Part shown: positions 35,107 to 49,797 of the stretch, in pieces | Numbering within the stretch: the first letter of the stretch is position 1 | Layout of the letters: every line of letters starts with the position of its first letter | NCBI GenBank assembly: GCA_964016885.1 | Contig: OZ024755.1 | Location: 62,001-126,000 of the forward strand | Source of the DNA: Eledone cirrhosa | Lineage: Eukaryota | DNA length: 64,000 nucleotides | Direction: 5' to 3' | Translations under genes and position numbers: made by a program | The notes under the pieces: model-generated | The model's database searches: none | What the model was told of the DNA's origin: nothing | The model's input: only the letters and a program-made list of their open reading frames with translations

Positions 35107-37212
35107 CTGGAATTACATATAAAAATAAACCATAACATTAAAGAATTGATGACACAAATGAACAAAGTAACATTAACCCTTTTGATTTTAAACCATCTAT
35201 TTCATATATTTGCATCGTTATAAAACGTTATATTCCCATCGCTAATTTTCTCCTTTTTTGTTTTCACCGCAATGCAGTTTATAAATAATATCTTTTTTAA
35301 ATGTATCATGGATTACTTTACTGATTACAGAAGACAGTGTAATACAGTCTCTCTTCAATTTCTGTGCATATTGTCAATTACGATTTTATTTGACATATCA
35401 TATCTACATGCATATAATTTGCATATAAAGGGTGGTTTTTCTGCTAGTTTAAATAATTGTTTCTACTTTTGGCACAAGGCCATCAATTATCCCAGTGCAT
35501 TACTGGTACTTTATTTTATCGACCCCGTAAGGATGAAAGGCAAAGTCAACCTCGGCGGGATTTGAACTCAGATCGTAAAGGGACGTAACTATGCTGGAAA
35601 GCATGGTGTCTGACCCTCTACCGATACTGCCAATCCACCGCTGCTAATTTAAATAATGATCTACTTTTAGACACATTGAGCAGATATGTATATACTGAAA
35701 ATTAACTTTGGAAGCTTCAACACATGTACTTTTTTGAATATGAAAAATAGTCTAACAAATTAGGCATAAAAGCCCCTAGGACAGAAAAGAATTAGCATCA
35801 AAAGCCTTCCATCATAATTCTATATACGACCCTTTGTTAGGTTTCAAACATTAACTTAATAATGAGAAATCTCTCTAAATTCTTATTTTAAAAATAAATT
35901 TGAAAAAAAAATCATAGTTTCTTATGTTTGAGGCATGATAATGAAAGAGTTAATATATTAAACAATGAAATAGCAGAACGTCAACAGTTATTTTATATCT
36001 TACATGATATATTTGTTAATACAAGACACATAATCCATATGTCATCAACATAACTGTAAAACATGATACAATACTGTGTTGGCAATGTGTAATGAGAAAG
36101 AATTTTGACTTGAAAAATGAGATCAACTGAATGAACCCAACACAGAAGAAAAAAGAAAAAAAAAGACAAAAATAAATCTAGAAAAAAAGAAGAGCAAACT
36201 TAATTGACATAGCAGGAAGTTTCTATAGCATTTTAAACTTCAACTCCTTAATATGCACTGTTTAAATCAATGAAGTTGAAACACAGCTGTGATCAAAACC
36301 TATCTTATTTTAAGCTATATCTTCACTTGTGGGGCTCTGCTGAGATAACTAAAATAAGAGAAGGTTTTAAAAAAGGAAATTATATAAATAAAAGTAAACA
36401 AATAAAGTGAATATCAAAATTAAGCTAACTAGCTAATGGCTTTTTCTAGTGTATCAAACAACAACAAAAAACTAATAAATCGTGACATTTTTATGTTCAA
36501 GGCCACTTGTATAACATTTTCTCACATCATCGTTTTTACACCTGCTTTTTCATGCTCATCATCATCACCATGACCATCCTCATCATAACCATGATGATGA
36601 TCATCATCATTTTCAATTTTCTTTTCCATGCTTACATTGATTAGACAAGTTCTCTCCATTTGTCTCTGATTTATTCTCCTTTGTGACATTTAGTTTCTTG
36701 AGGTCAGTGTTCACTCCCACCACCATTACCATGGAGTCAGCTTTCACTACCTCAGCCCATGTCTTTCTCTTTTTTGGTTCCTTTCCACTTGGAACTCCTG
36801 GTACTTCTTTACCCAGCAATCATCATTCATATGATATAAATTACAGTCTGTATCAGCGTAATCTTCTCTGCTGGATGCACCATTTGATTCTTCTAATAGA
36901 CTTATATGGTTTAGAATTGGTACATCATAGCCGTGAATGTTATGGAAATTGATGTTAAAACACTTGTTTCCTAGCTGGCATGGGTTCGATGAGATCTTTT
37001 GAGGCAGTATATTTTACAGCTGGATGTCTTATTGATGCATTGGTCAGCTCCAGGTTATAGGAGATACTTACCCAAAGTGCCAATGTAATTGTATTAAATT
37101 TGAACCAATGTGATTGAAAAGCTATGTCAGCAACTAGCAACTACTCACATAATTTTCTTTTTCAATCTTTACAAATAAAAATGAAAAAAAGAGAATTTTT
37201 TAAAACACTTAC

Positions 37213-37268
37213 CATTCAGATCGAGGAATAATACAGGTACATGCTGTTCCATGTCAGGGAGAGTTTCA
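37213..37268 (-). CDS. KIF13: KIF13-like coding exon (ETLPDMEQHVPVLFLDLN)
   Basis: Phase 2-1, GTAAGT donor; ME.H.PVLFLDLN motif. Confidence 0.92.
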
Positions 37269-38631
37269 CTGTCACAATAAAGAAAACAAAATATTAAAAT
37301 GTCCTTTTAATTTAACCCTTTTGATACCAAATCATCTGAAACCATTCTTGGTTCTACAATTATAAGCTGTTTATATTTATGTAAAAACCTTTCATCATAC
37401 TTTTCTGTAAGACCCTTATAAATGTATTCCTCACTTTATGTTGTTAACTGGTTCCAAAAATTAAGACTTAAGTAAAAAAATAACAAATGTTGAATTAACC
37501 TCCCCTCCCCCATAAACTACTAATAGGCATTCTCCAGTGTTATACTTTAACATACAAAAAGTATACAGTACAGTACACTATTATATACAAAACGCATTTT
37601 GTTTTTATTGTTTTTTTAGTGGTTTTATGGTTTAATATTTTTGGCATAGTGATGTACAGTTGAGTGAATCGACATAAGAGGTTTATTTTTGCCACATAAT
37701 ATAAAAAAAAACTGCTGTATTTTCGAAAATGGTGAAACTCAAAACAACATAAGCTGAGGTATCCCTGTATATGTTCCAAACACCAACTAATTAGTGAGAA
37801 AAATCACTTATATCACTAAATCCCTTTTAATTATTGATTATTTTCCCCCAAAATAGGCAGTGTCTTTCATTAGAAATATGCTAATGAAAGAGTTAAAGAT
37901 ATACCAGTTAATAGCTACAAATACAGTTGTAATGCACAACAAACAAATTCCTATATCACAATATAAAAACTAACTAATGAGAGTGTTTCGCTCTTTTTGC
38001 CAATATTATGATCTTTCAGCATCTCTAGTTTCTATATTTGGCATGCCTTGACCCCTATCAAATTCTTGTTTATATGACTTGTCCAGATATCCTAGGATAT
38101 TTTTTTATCCATGTTCAGTGTTACTATACATTATAGGAATGATTGTTTTATTTTTTTATTTATTTTTTTTGCTGATTGAAGAGTTCACCATGTAACTGAT
38201 ATTTCATCCAACAGCCATGATTCACCATAACTGCCGAGTTGATGAGAGATGTTCTTTGTGGCTGGTCGACCAAACTAATAAATATAGCAACACAATATCT
38301 CTCAAATCACAATTCTATAGTCTTGAATAAAAGGAAAAAAGAAATCGTAAGGACATATTGTATAATGTGGTCTGAGATAATGTCTAAATAAAAGACATGA
38401 TGGTCATGGTTAGAATACCTCTGAACATAGGACTGCTTGGTTAGGGCAGGCCTGGTGTTAAACAAAAACAATTTAGAATTTAAGCAAAGGATGTAAGACA
38501 TGATGGTCATGGCTAGAATACCTATGATTAGGGCAGGCTTGGTATTATACAACAACAATTTAAAATTTAAGCAAGACCCACATAAATATAGAGATCAAAG
38601 AATGTTATATGTATAACTGAAGATATTTTAC

Positions 38632-38758
38632 CTGTCAGCTGGTGCACCTGGTATACCACTTCCAGCAGCAGGGACTAGAACAGCATTTCTCTCTTCTGTA
38701 AGACCAATCCATTGTTCAACCAGAGATATTTCTCGGTCAACTTCAGCTTCATTCTTAT
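38632..38758 (-). CDS. KIF13: KIF13-like coding exon (KNEAEVDREISLVEQWIGLTEERNAVLVPAAGSGIPGAPAD)
   Basis: Phase 1-2; LTEERNAV.VP..GSGIPGAPA signature. Confidence 0.95.
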
Positions 38759-39149
38759 CTGAAATAGGCCATAAAATGAAACAATGACGATAAGGGCTCA
38801 CACACCCAAACAGCTCAAGATTCCTATGAAAATAAAATTAAAGAAAAAAAGAAAAAGCTACATGGGGAGAAGAAAAACGACTTTTCATTTTCCTTCTCGT
38901 TATTAAAAAAAAAAGGTAGAATCGGTACAGTGTCAGACAACATGCTTCGCTGCAATGAGTTACATCCTTTTACGTCCTGAGTTCAAATCCCACCAATGTT
39001 ATGTTTGCTTTCATACTTATGGGTGTCAATAAAATAAAGTATCAGTAATGCACAGGGGTCGATTTATTCAAATTTCCCCTCCCGCGAAATTGTTGGCCTT
39101 GCGCCTTCAGTTAACAAAGGAATGTCAACAAAATTGAAAGAGCGTATCT

Positions 39150-39570
39150 TCCCACACAACCACCTTACAGTGTGGACTGTTGTGTCATCGACACAGTGGA
39201 TAGAATGGGAAAGGGGGATGGAGTAGGGTGTGTGCAGTGGAGTGTACATTGAGTTAAGAGGTGCCTACTGACTGTAGGTTTGTATGCAATGGCAGTCGGG
39301 TCTTCTGTACAGCTGCATGGTGCCAAAGATCTCGATCCAGTGTTATTGTCTTAGAGAGGTGTAAGTGAGCAAGATCAGTTTTTATCACCTCGTCCCAGGT
39401 TTTTCTTGGTCTACCCACTCCGTAGCTTCTATCAATTTTCATTGCCCTGCACTTTTTTATACAGCTGTCATCCTTCATACGCATCACATGTCCATACCAA
39501 CGCAATCTCCTCTCCAGAATACAACATTTGATACCTCTTATGCTCAGTCTCTCAATTCATTTATCCAGGT
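39150..39570 (-). mobile_element. RTE LINE 3' fragment
   Basis: RWYGHVMRMKDDSCIKKC...GRPRKTWDEVI (ORF 39254..39505). Confidence 0.9.
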
Positions 39571-40032
39571 TACAATAGGTACACTGCGCCTTAATGTGTT
39601 GTAAGAAATGACTAAAAGGTTTGGCACCAGGAAGGACATCTGACTATAAAACATTGCCTCAAAAAAGACTCCATGGTAACTATAAAACTGGCTTTAAATT
39701 GCTTGTATACACAGTGGCATGTTGTACAGTTTCTATTTACAAAATTTCACTCTCAAGGCATTGATCAGCCCAAGGCTATAGTAGCCTTGCAGTGGGATTG
39801 AACTCAAAGCTACATGGTTGAGAAGCATACATCTTAACCATACAGCCATGCCTGTGCCTGCTCAGTGATTAAATTAGTTGCAAGCTTAATACTATACTTC
39901 TGCAAATAAATCACCTTACTCATCTCACATGTACACTCGTATGTATAAATATATTACACACACAAACACATACACATATATATACATTTGAAAATTGTTG
40001 AAAATTGCAAACTTGACTGTCACCACACAATA

Positions 40033-40071
40033 TGAACCTGAAGATTGCGAAAGCATGAAAGTACTTGTTCA
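40033..40071 (+). ncRNA. Minimal type I hammerhead ribozyme motif
   Basis: tgaac-CTGAAGA-ttgc(gaaa)gcat-GAAA-gtac-TT-gttca. Confidence 0.7.
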
Positions 40072-43000
40072 ATTAACACTTAACATTTAATATTCTATCA
40101 TACTATTTCATTCTAATACCATTATAAATTTTAAAGGATTGTAAATAAAACGAGTAAATCAGACAAAGTTGGAATTCCTTTTATTAATATAATCTTCTAT
40201 ACACAATCATACACACCCGTGTATATTTATCTCTATATATATATACATACATACATATATACACATATATATACATATGCATACATATACATACACATAT
40301 ATACTTATATATATATATATATATATATACACATGCATGCATACACACACAAGATTCTTTCTAGATAAGAACCAAGATACCATCAGCCAAAACAATAAAT
40401 AACCGTATATCTGAAGAATCTATCATTAAATGGCCTTTTAGGTTCATTTTGTAGCTCATTGTTAACATGGAAGAATGTTTATTTCTTACTGTAATAACTA
40501 AGATGGCTTCCTTACAGATTGCTATTGGATATCATTGTGTGGTATCTTACCTCTTTCATGATTGTATTTCAAATACTTATACTGCCAATCCACTTCCCAT
40601 TTATATTTATCTAAAAACCTTTTAACATAATTTTATATGCTCCAAACACCTAGCTACATAATGAGGTTATATTAATAAATCCTTTCAAATTGTTGATTAT
40701 TTTCAAAATCATTAAAAATTTAGAGGCAGTGAATTTCATTAGAAATATGGTAATGAAAGGGTGAAGTAAGTGTCGGTGTATTTGCTGTTTGATTATTAAA
40801 GAGGTGTGAAAGAGCATGGCTGCATGGCTTAGTGGTTACAATGTGCTGATACCCATCTTTTTCAGTGGGTTTATACGCACTGTTATTATTAGACTATTTC
40901 ATTTAGTCAAAATTATGGCAAAGTCTTCTAATTCAATTTTCAAACATAGACACTTTAAAAGAAGAGGTTTTGTATGATAGAAGTGGCTTCAGATGGGTTG
41001 CTATCAAAATAGTTAAACTTTGATCATGAGATATACTAGAAACAACAGACAAACCTTCATCAAATCACAGCTCACCATTCTAAATAAAGAAAGGTCACAT
41101 TTGATAATATAATACAATATAGTGCTAAAAAGACAAGATTGTTACTACTGGAATGTTCTTGATCATAGGTCTACTTGATCAGGATTGACCAAGGGCTAAA
41201 CAACAACAACAACAACTAAACATTCATATAAGAATGGGTAACAGTATTTAATAAGGCCAGCACCTGACATCATGAAAACCATCAGCTGACAAACGCATTC
41301 AATTATTTTATATGGTTTTAAACTAATGCACTAATTCCAATGGTAATTTAATAGGGATGGGATACAAAGGCAGTGCTATATTGATTATTTCCTTCCACTC
41401 ATTGCCACAAGTATTGATCAATGATATTGAAATGAAGAAGACATATATATCTGTAATTAACATAATTAAAATGTATTCATAGGTTTATTTCTACCATAAT
41501 TAACCATTCAAACATTCAATACATTGAGTGCCAGCATTATTCATATTGACAGTGAGAACATTTTAACATTTTAATGTACATGGCAGAGTTGCAGTTTGGC
41601 AACTTCATTATCAATGTAATACAGAGATTTTGTGTAAATAATTAGCTTCTTAAAGGAACAGAAAAGAAGCTAGCTGATCATTAGATTGTACCAAAGTATC
41701 TATGTTTCCATTGGTCTTTCCATTCCTGATACCATCTGCTGGTTGCAACTCACAGCAGAAACCTCACCTTTTTCCAGTGACAGAAAGAAGGATTTGAACT
41801 CAGAACACACAGAGCAGGGAACAAATACTGCAAAGCAACTGGTTCTACACTTTAACAATTCTGTAAATCCACTCTCCACCATTGGACTGGTATTTAATGA
41901 CCCCAAAAGGATGAACAACAAAGTTGATCTCCATAGGATTTGGATTCCAAAGTTTTGATCACAGTGAAAATGAATTGAAACATTTTTGGCCGTTTATTTG
42001 TTAGAAATAAGAAATATAACCAGAAAAGGGTTAAAAGTAATTGAATTAATCCAATACAAATAGGTTTAGGAAATTATTCTAACACATTATTCTAACCTGA
42101 GCAAAGAAAATCATGATTTGACTTACTGTTTTTTCTAACAAGTCAGAGATCAGAATTAATTACTTTTAAGTGTAAAATCTCATTTTCCATTTAATCTGAA
42201 AAAATACTTAAGGAGTTTCTTTGGATACATTGTTGATGATTCCTGTTGCAGAACCTCCTCATGACAGGGAAAAGCTTCAACATCATACAGTGTTGAATTA
42301 TTCATGACAGAATGTTCAGATTAATGCTTCACTAAAAAATCTTACATTTGATGTATGACTCATTATGTGAAACTAAACTGTAGTATTAAGTATTAAATGC
42401 ATAATTACACTTCAGCTGCTTTCCAGTAGGTTTTTCCTGTCAAACTTATAGCAATGGAAACATCTGGCAACTTAGGCTCCCAAAACCACATCCCTACACT
42501 TGCTCTCTCTCTTATTCATCCTCTTGCCCATGTTGCCTTGAACAGACAGAAACATCATAGTGTAGTGAGGACTCTCTAGCCTTTCATACCATAAGGAAAC
42601 TCTACTAGTGCCAGTGTCATGATATACGCATCCAGTACACCCTGTAAAGTGGTTGCCAAATGAGCAGTGACTACATATGGTCAACAGGACCAGTTTGTCT
42701 GATTGATGGCATGACAACATCACTAGTGTTGATGCCATAAAAAAAGGTACCCAGTACACTCTGTAAAGTGGTTGGTATTAAGAAGGGCATCCAGTCGTAG
42801 AAATCATGTGAAAAATGGAATGTATAAGTGAGTTGTAGTGTGATGATCCATTTAGGAGTGCATTAACTCCAAATAAGAAATACATTTGCTGGCCAGAAAA
42901 ACAGATGTTAAATGATGATAGGACTGTGACAATTCGTCCAACCCATGGAAAGTGTACATAAAATGATGATGGTGGTAATGATGATAATGAAAAATTGAAA

Positions 43001-43263
43001 AGTGAACAATTTGCAATCATCATCATTTAACATTCCCTTTCCTTGCAAGCAAGGGTTGGATGTGTCTACATTGACCAAATCAGTACTGAAGCAGGGATAC
43101 TGACCTCTCAGACAGGATGGGGATCTGTACCCGCTCACATACATTACAGTCATTATCGAGTGTAGAGAAGTATCGTGTCTCTTGACACAAACTGAAGGGT
43201 CCTCCTAACACCTTGTTTGGCAAGCAATGAAAAAGAAACAACAACAAATAATACTATATTTAC

Positions 43264-43507
43264 CTTGTTTGTTAATAAGCTTCTGAAATTGTTCGGCAAG
43301 ATAAGACTTGCGTCGCATCAGAGCATCAGACCAACGATCTCCCAGTAAATTAAGGTCTTCTTCTTGGTAGCTATCTAATCCTTTTTGTAGCTTAGAGCGG
43401 ACACAAATACATCCAATCGAAATAGAGACGATAGATTCGCAGATCAGTGGTAAGGTTCCAGAATTGGCCACCGGTTTTACACGAACCATCACACGTCTCG
43501 AGTGACC
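43264..43507 (-). CDS. KIF13: KIF13-like coding exon (GHSRRVMVRVKPVANSGTLPL...LDSYQEEDL...KLINKQ)
   Basis: Phase 0-1, CAG and GTAAAT boundaries; SGTLPL and DSYQEEDL motifs. Confidence 0.95.
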
Positions 43508-46500
43508 CTGCACAGTGAAAAGAACAAAGAAGAAAATTAGAAAAAAATAAATAAAATAAAATAAAAATAAAAAAATCCATTTTTGAATACCTAGAAAGGT
43601 AAAAGAGGATACTTTATTCCCCCCCCCCTTTAAGATATCTCTTTAAACTTTACAACATACACCCCCATAGCCAAAACCACAATTATCTAGTTATATTTTC
43701 TTTAATAGCATCGAGTAAGTTTGATCAGATGAAGTTGTGACATAAATCCTTTTCTTAGGTTTTATATTTGTACATAGAGAGATGATGAAGGAAAATGATA
43801 AGTGGAGAGATGCTGGGCTGTAAAGGACCTTCCAAGCCACGTGAACATGGAAAAATAGATGTAAAAACAACAATGATGATGATGATGACACTAGAAGATT
43901 AAATAACAACCAGTATTATTTCAAGCCATGCTAATATTCTTTGCATCATTCCAATTTTAGTATATGTACTGTTAAAATTTTTGCTTTTCATTCTTAAGGG
44001 GACTGATAAAATAAAGAACCAGTAATGTACTGGAGTCTATTTAATCAACTTTCCTCCCCCCCAAATTGTTGGCCTTGTGCCTAAATCAGAAACCATTATT
44101 ATATCAAGTCAAAGAATATCTAGAACCAGTATTTTAAATTAATCTTCTCTACTAAATCAAAGGTTAGTCTTGCAGGCTTTGTAACAAGCTTCAAACCCAT
44201 CATGGGGTCCTTTTCAATGCAATGTTTTATGGCTAGATACCCTTCCTAGCACCAACTATTTCAGTCACTTCTTCTGATGTACACTGATATGGTCCACCTA
44301 CTGTTATCCAGATGCATGCAGTTATTATGTGCCAGAGAATATATATATTTTTTAATTAGAAATCTAAACAGCGAATAAAGAAGTAATAATACCTAAACTC
44401 TTCTATAATTGAAATGTGTATCAAACTTTTCCCTGAGGAAGTTGTTTGTGAAATTATCAAGGAAATTGCGAAATTTCCTTCCAATCCAATAATGATTTGC
44501 AAAGCATTTCATTGGCCCAGTGCCACAGAAATAAGTTCCATGAAATTATATTTAACAATCATCTAGTGGAGAATAAGCCAACCATAAACACAGCCATGTA
44601 AGTTAGTATATATTGTGGCCTAAATAACTGTCTACAAAGTAGTTGGCTAGATGCTGAAATAGTATTATTGTTTGCAATCTAAATATATTATAACATTTTA
44701 TATTTTTGCTGTTACATTAAATTGTAAACATTTTAAAAGTTAATGAAAAAAGAAATTATATAAACATATTGAAAGAAAAGTAATGGAAATTATATAAACA
44801 TATTGAAAGAAAAGTAATGGAAATTTCAGAAACAACCAGCTGGATATTTAAAATATCGCATATAAAATACGGTTAATGACTAATCAATATATAATATGTT
44901 CAAAACAGCACTGAAATTAGATAGGTAATTGAAATTATAAAGTTGAATACAATAAAAAAAATAAAAAATGTATTGTGTAATTTTGAAGATAGTTAACTGT
45001 ATTTCTCTGATAAATAAGTATCTAGCAACATTGTCCAATATTTTAGCAGCAAATTCTTGATAGAATATAAGAATTTAATTGTTTTTAAAGGATCTGAAAT
45101 ATAATAAGAAGTACACTATCTCTTACATTGCTTGCTTTATTATTTTATTTGAAAAAAAAAATAAAGTCTTTTTTGATAAATGAAAAATTTCTTTGTTGGT
45201 GTCGGTACATAACAAAATTGAATTTATTAAAGTATCTCATAAACACAGCCCATAAACAGAATAATGGTGTTGAAATTGCTTATAGACACAACAACCAGAA
45301 TATATATTGAAATCAAATTAGCCAGGCTACTGAACAGGAACTATAAGAATTCAATCAAATATTTCTCTCAATTGATATATTATACTAAATCCTGGAAATA
45401 GAAATTTCAGTTGTAATAGTATTTTTAGTAAGTTGTAATTCATATAGTAAGGTATAAAGTTTCTATTTCAAATAAATCTAAGTTGTATGTGTTTATAAAC
45501 CTCTATAGATATGAAGATGAATAAAGAAGGGTAAAGGTTATTCTATAATTTGGAAAAGAAGGTTGAAATTTAGACTTATAATGTCTAAATATTGCTGCAA
45601 TGAATAAATTAGACTAAAACTCTAGAAATATATAAATTGTATCTGTGACATCAATAAACTGACTATAGATTTCAAACTTAGAAATTCCTTAGTTTTAGGT
45701 TTCTATAACTTTACAAATTACTTGCTGTAATGAAGAAGAGATGAAACAATGTTTATTGAAGAATTAGAAATAATTTTAGAAATTAGAAGAATGAAAAGAT
45801 TATGGAAGAGGAAATGGGATCTTGATTGATTGATTAAAAAAAAAAAGACTTGTATATATTTATTTATGTTTATTATACATAAACATACCATATATGCGTC
45901 ATAGACACCTCTATTATCAAAATAGGTTGAATGTAATACTCTTTCATATGATTTGTATCCCTCAGGAGTTAAAATTTACAGATATAAAAATGAAGGCTTA
46001 CTAAAATATTCAAGTTATTTATATCAAATTTTATTAATTTTAGATGGTAATATTTGCTGTGAGACTATATTTTGTTCATTCTAAACAAACAAAATCTTTT
46101 GTTACGTTTTACAGCATATTTTTCCATTAAAATAAATAATTGAAATTCTAGTAAATTCAGTTATATAAACATTGCAGTGTTTATAAAAATGACTATTACA
46201 TTAGAGGAAAAGGGAAAAGTTGAATTCGGATTACATTAAAAGGAAAATATTTAGTTAATGGCTTGAATAATTTCTAAATTTCATATAGTAGCGACATAAG
46301 AATAATTGAATGCAATGTAGGAGCCAATTTATATATATATATATGCTCACACACTTAATATTGATATCGAATGTAACAGGCAAAAACTAAGAAATTCAAA
46401 ATTAATATTTATGTATTTGAAATAAATTAAGTAACTGGTTGTTTCATTAGTAAATACAGAAGTTTCACTTAGAGTATAGTTGAATTAAAAAAAACACCAC

Positions 46501-46874
46501 CACCTAACAACATTTAATTCTATTTAACTCTTTTGATACCAAACCACTTGGATTTGCGATATAAAACTATTCATTTTTAAATGTTTACCCTTACATTAAA
46601 ACCCCCCACATTTTATTAAAATATTTTTGTTAAGTAATGTTCTAAATATCAGCTTAGTTTTTAAAAAATATTTTTTGGAATTTTCTAAAATTAATTGAAA
46701 CATGTACATAATGTATTTCATAATGCTGAAGTCAATACTTTAATATTCCAATGAACTACAGTATACTGTAGGACAAATCTTTATCACTGCATGTGGAAAT
46801 TAATAAACGTTACTTAGATACAGAGTGGAAAGTTGTAAAGGTTGTCCTTTTATTTAAACCTTTTAATATCAATC

Positions 46875-47145
46875 TGAACTGAGAGATCACAGCTCCAATA
46901 TTATGGGCATATGGTTAGAATGTCCCAGGAAAGAATCGTTGGACAGGTTATAAGAGCAAAACCAATTGGCAAGAGACCCAGAGGTAGACCCCAAACAAGA
47001 TGGTTGGATAACATCAATGAATTTGGCTGGTCTCGCTTGGGGATCCTGCTAAATCAATTGGATCAGTTGCTTCTGACAGGACCCGCTGGAAGGAATACTC
47101 AAGGACTCTGCCCCCACGACCCTCTCAGGAATAAGTGGCCGAAGA
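46875..47145 (+). mobile_element. Decayed RTE-type LINE C-terminal fragment
   Basis: GHMVRMSQERIV.QV...PIGKRPRGRPQTRWLDNI. Confidence 0.8.
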
Positions 47146-48227
47146 AGAAGAATACCAACCCACCCAACTCCACACAAAATAAAAATAAATCTCCATTAAA
47201 ATCTTATTGGGATATCAACAAAGACCTGAGATTTCAGTTGGCAACACTAGCATACAAAGCTACAGATATTTCTATTACCAGCAACAACACAGAGACACAC
47301 AGACAGACAGACTGACTGACACACATAAGCAAAATTCTTCTCCAAAATGTAAAAAGAAGAAAAAAAAAATGAAGTTATTTTCTGCAAATCAGCAAACACT
47401 GATTTAAATTACTTGTTTATTAATTAGATTTATTTCGTAAGCTACTTCATTAACAAAACATTATACATTAAAAAAAGACCTGCATAACTATATTCAGTCC
47501 TGTTCTAATGATAAACTGTAAGGTGCATGTCTCTTGTACTCTTCCTCCTCCTCTTATTGAATGTAAAGAAGACCAAACATTGTGGAGTCTCCTACCACTT
47601 CCCCTTACCCACTCTCCTGTTATAGACAGTATATATCACCTTCAGTGATGTGAAACGTTCCATTGTTTCTAGTTCACAATCTGAAAGACTGTCTTCTGCA
47701 CTCATCTTACACTAAAGCTATCAATGCTTTTTGATATTCATTAATATTTGATCACAATATGTATTATATATTCATTTCTAGGCAGTAAGCCAACTGTTGA
47801 AAGACAATGTCAGTTAAACCAGGTACAGGCATAGCTGTGTAGTAAATATGTTTATTTTGTAACCATATAGTTTTGGGTTTGATCTTACTGCATTTTACTT
47901 TCTGCAAGTGTCTTCTAAAATAACCTTGGTCTTCTACCAATGCCTTGTGAGTGAATTTTGGTAGAAACTATGCAGAAGCTCACTGCATATGTGTGTGTTT
48001 CCATGTGTTTTCACGGCCTTGTGATTGAGATTTGGTAGATGGACACTGGTGGTGGTGATGATATAGCATAGATAGAGTTTGATCAACAACATCCCAAATC
48101 TTAGTTGCTTACTGAGTGGGGTGGAACTTGTCAAATCGGACCAAGGAAACAATGTTTCCATTGCTGATACTATCTACTGGTCAGAACTTTTGATGATTGG
48201 GGGTTATAACAATATATAAGTCCTTAC

Positions 48228-48360
48228 CTGTCGAAGTTGAAAGACTCCAGCAGAAGGCACTTCTGGCTTCGGCACAACTTCAACTGGAGTGTATTCACCT
48301 TGTTCATTAAGTTCATGAACTTCAACCCAGAATTCAATTTTCCGCATTACCTCATTCCAC
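48228..48360 (-). CDS. KIF13: KIF13-like coding exon (WNEVMRKIEFWVEVHELNEQGEYTPVEV...GVFQLRQ)
   Basis: Phase 2-0, GTAAGG donor; matches ORF 48204..48416; kinesin-3 stalk motif. Confidence 0.95.
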
Positions 48361-48668
48361 CTATTCAAAACAAAACAAAACAAAAAAATTAGCAGTTGTA
48401 TCTTTCCATTAGTCATGTCTATATTAATGAGAAATTGGGTTCAATCCCATTACACCTATAACACCTTGGGCAAGTGTTTTCTGAAAATCTGAGTGTCCTA
48501 ATCGAAGAAAATACCTGTAATAATTTCTTAACTATTATTTATCATCATCAACTGTTATTACAGCTATTGGGACTCACATTTTCAAAATAAAAATTAAATT
48601 TTAATAATTTTTAAAATTTTGTTTAAGCATTTATTAAATAACTAAAGGTGGAAGATGGATGTTAAACA

Positions 48669-48700
<32 letters not shown>

Positions 48701-49114
48701 AGTTTTACTATTAATTATAATTACTAATTTGTATTATTTGATTTTTTTTTCCTTCCACACCACACCTTTCAACTATCTGTGCCATTCTTCCCCAAGTCCC
48801 TCATCTTTTCCCTTCTCACTGTTCCATTCCTCCCCTATCTTTTCCTTCCTCATCCCTCCTTTTCACTGTCCCATTCCTCCCTACACCCCCCCATGAGTCT
48901 CTCAGTGCCAACTTTGATAATCACTCTCTAGTAGATAAAATTAATTTCTTCATAAGAAAGAAGAGGAATGTAGTTGAATGAGAGACAATATGTAAACGGT
49001 ATATATTATATTTACTCTGAAGAGAAAACCAAATCAATTTTGGTTAGATTTGAACTTGGGAAATATATTACAAAATAACAAAACAATATAAAAGAATCAA
49101 TAATTCCAACTTAC

Positions 49115-49269
49115 CTGTCTAATAAAGAACGAGATCTAGCTTGCCTGTTATCAGGATCCCAGGTATTATTGTTGCTGAAGCCAGGACTTCGATGGCCCCA
49201 GACCTCGATGGAAAGGGCTCCTTCAGAGGCATGTTCAATGAATTCTTCAGTCACACAAACTTTAAAGTC
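49115..49269 (-). CDS. KIF13: KIF13-like coding exon (DFKVCVTEEFIEHASEGALSIEVWGHR...RSLLDR)
   Basis: AG and GTAAGT boundaries, phase 0-2; VTEEF...EGALSIEVWGH motif. Confidence 0.95.
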
Positions 49270-49556
49270 CTACAGATAAATATAAAAATAATAGTTTAAT
49301 TTTTTTCCCAAACCATGACAACCCATCCAACCCATGCTAACATGGAAAACAGACATTAATTAACTCTTTTTAACAGTGGCACAAGGTAAAAAAATTGGGG
49401 GAGGAAGGAGTCAATTATATCAACCTCAGTTCTTCACAGGTACATCATTTTATTGACCCCAGAAGGATGAAAGGCAAAGTCGACCTCAGCAGGGTTTGAA
49501 TTCTGAATGTAAAGAGCCAGAAAAAATACTGCAAAGCATTTGTCTGACTTTCTAAT

Positions 49557-49797
49557 TGAGCAAGACACTTTATTTCACATTGCTCCAGTTTACTCAGCTG
49601 TAGAAATAAGATGATTGGGACTGGGGTCCATATCATTCCACTGCAAAGTGGTTGTGGAGGTGCCATGGCAAAAAAGCACCCAGCCCACACTGTAAATGAG
49701 GTTGGTGTTAGGAAGGGCATCCAGCTGTAGAAATCAAGCCAATCAGTTCCCGTCCCACCCTTGCAAGCAGGGAAAAGTGGACGTAAAATGATGATGA
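49557..49797 (+). mobile_element. 5'-truncated SINE family 1 nested between SINE family 2 pieces
   Basis: Core and tail match the other family 1 copies. Confidence 0.8.

Noticed and set aside
37568-37769. Tigger-like terminal sequence (ataagctgaggtatccctgta)
   Set aside because: Only one plausible TIR, with no matching partner found
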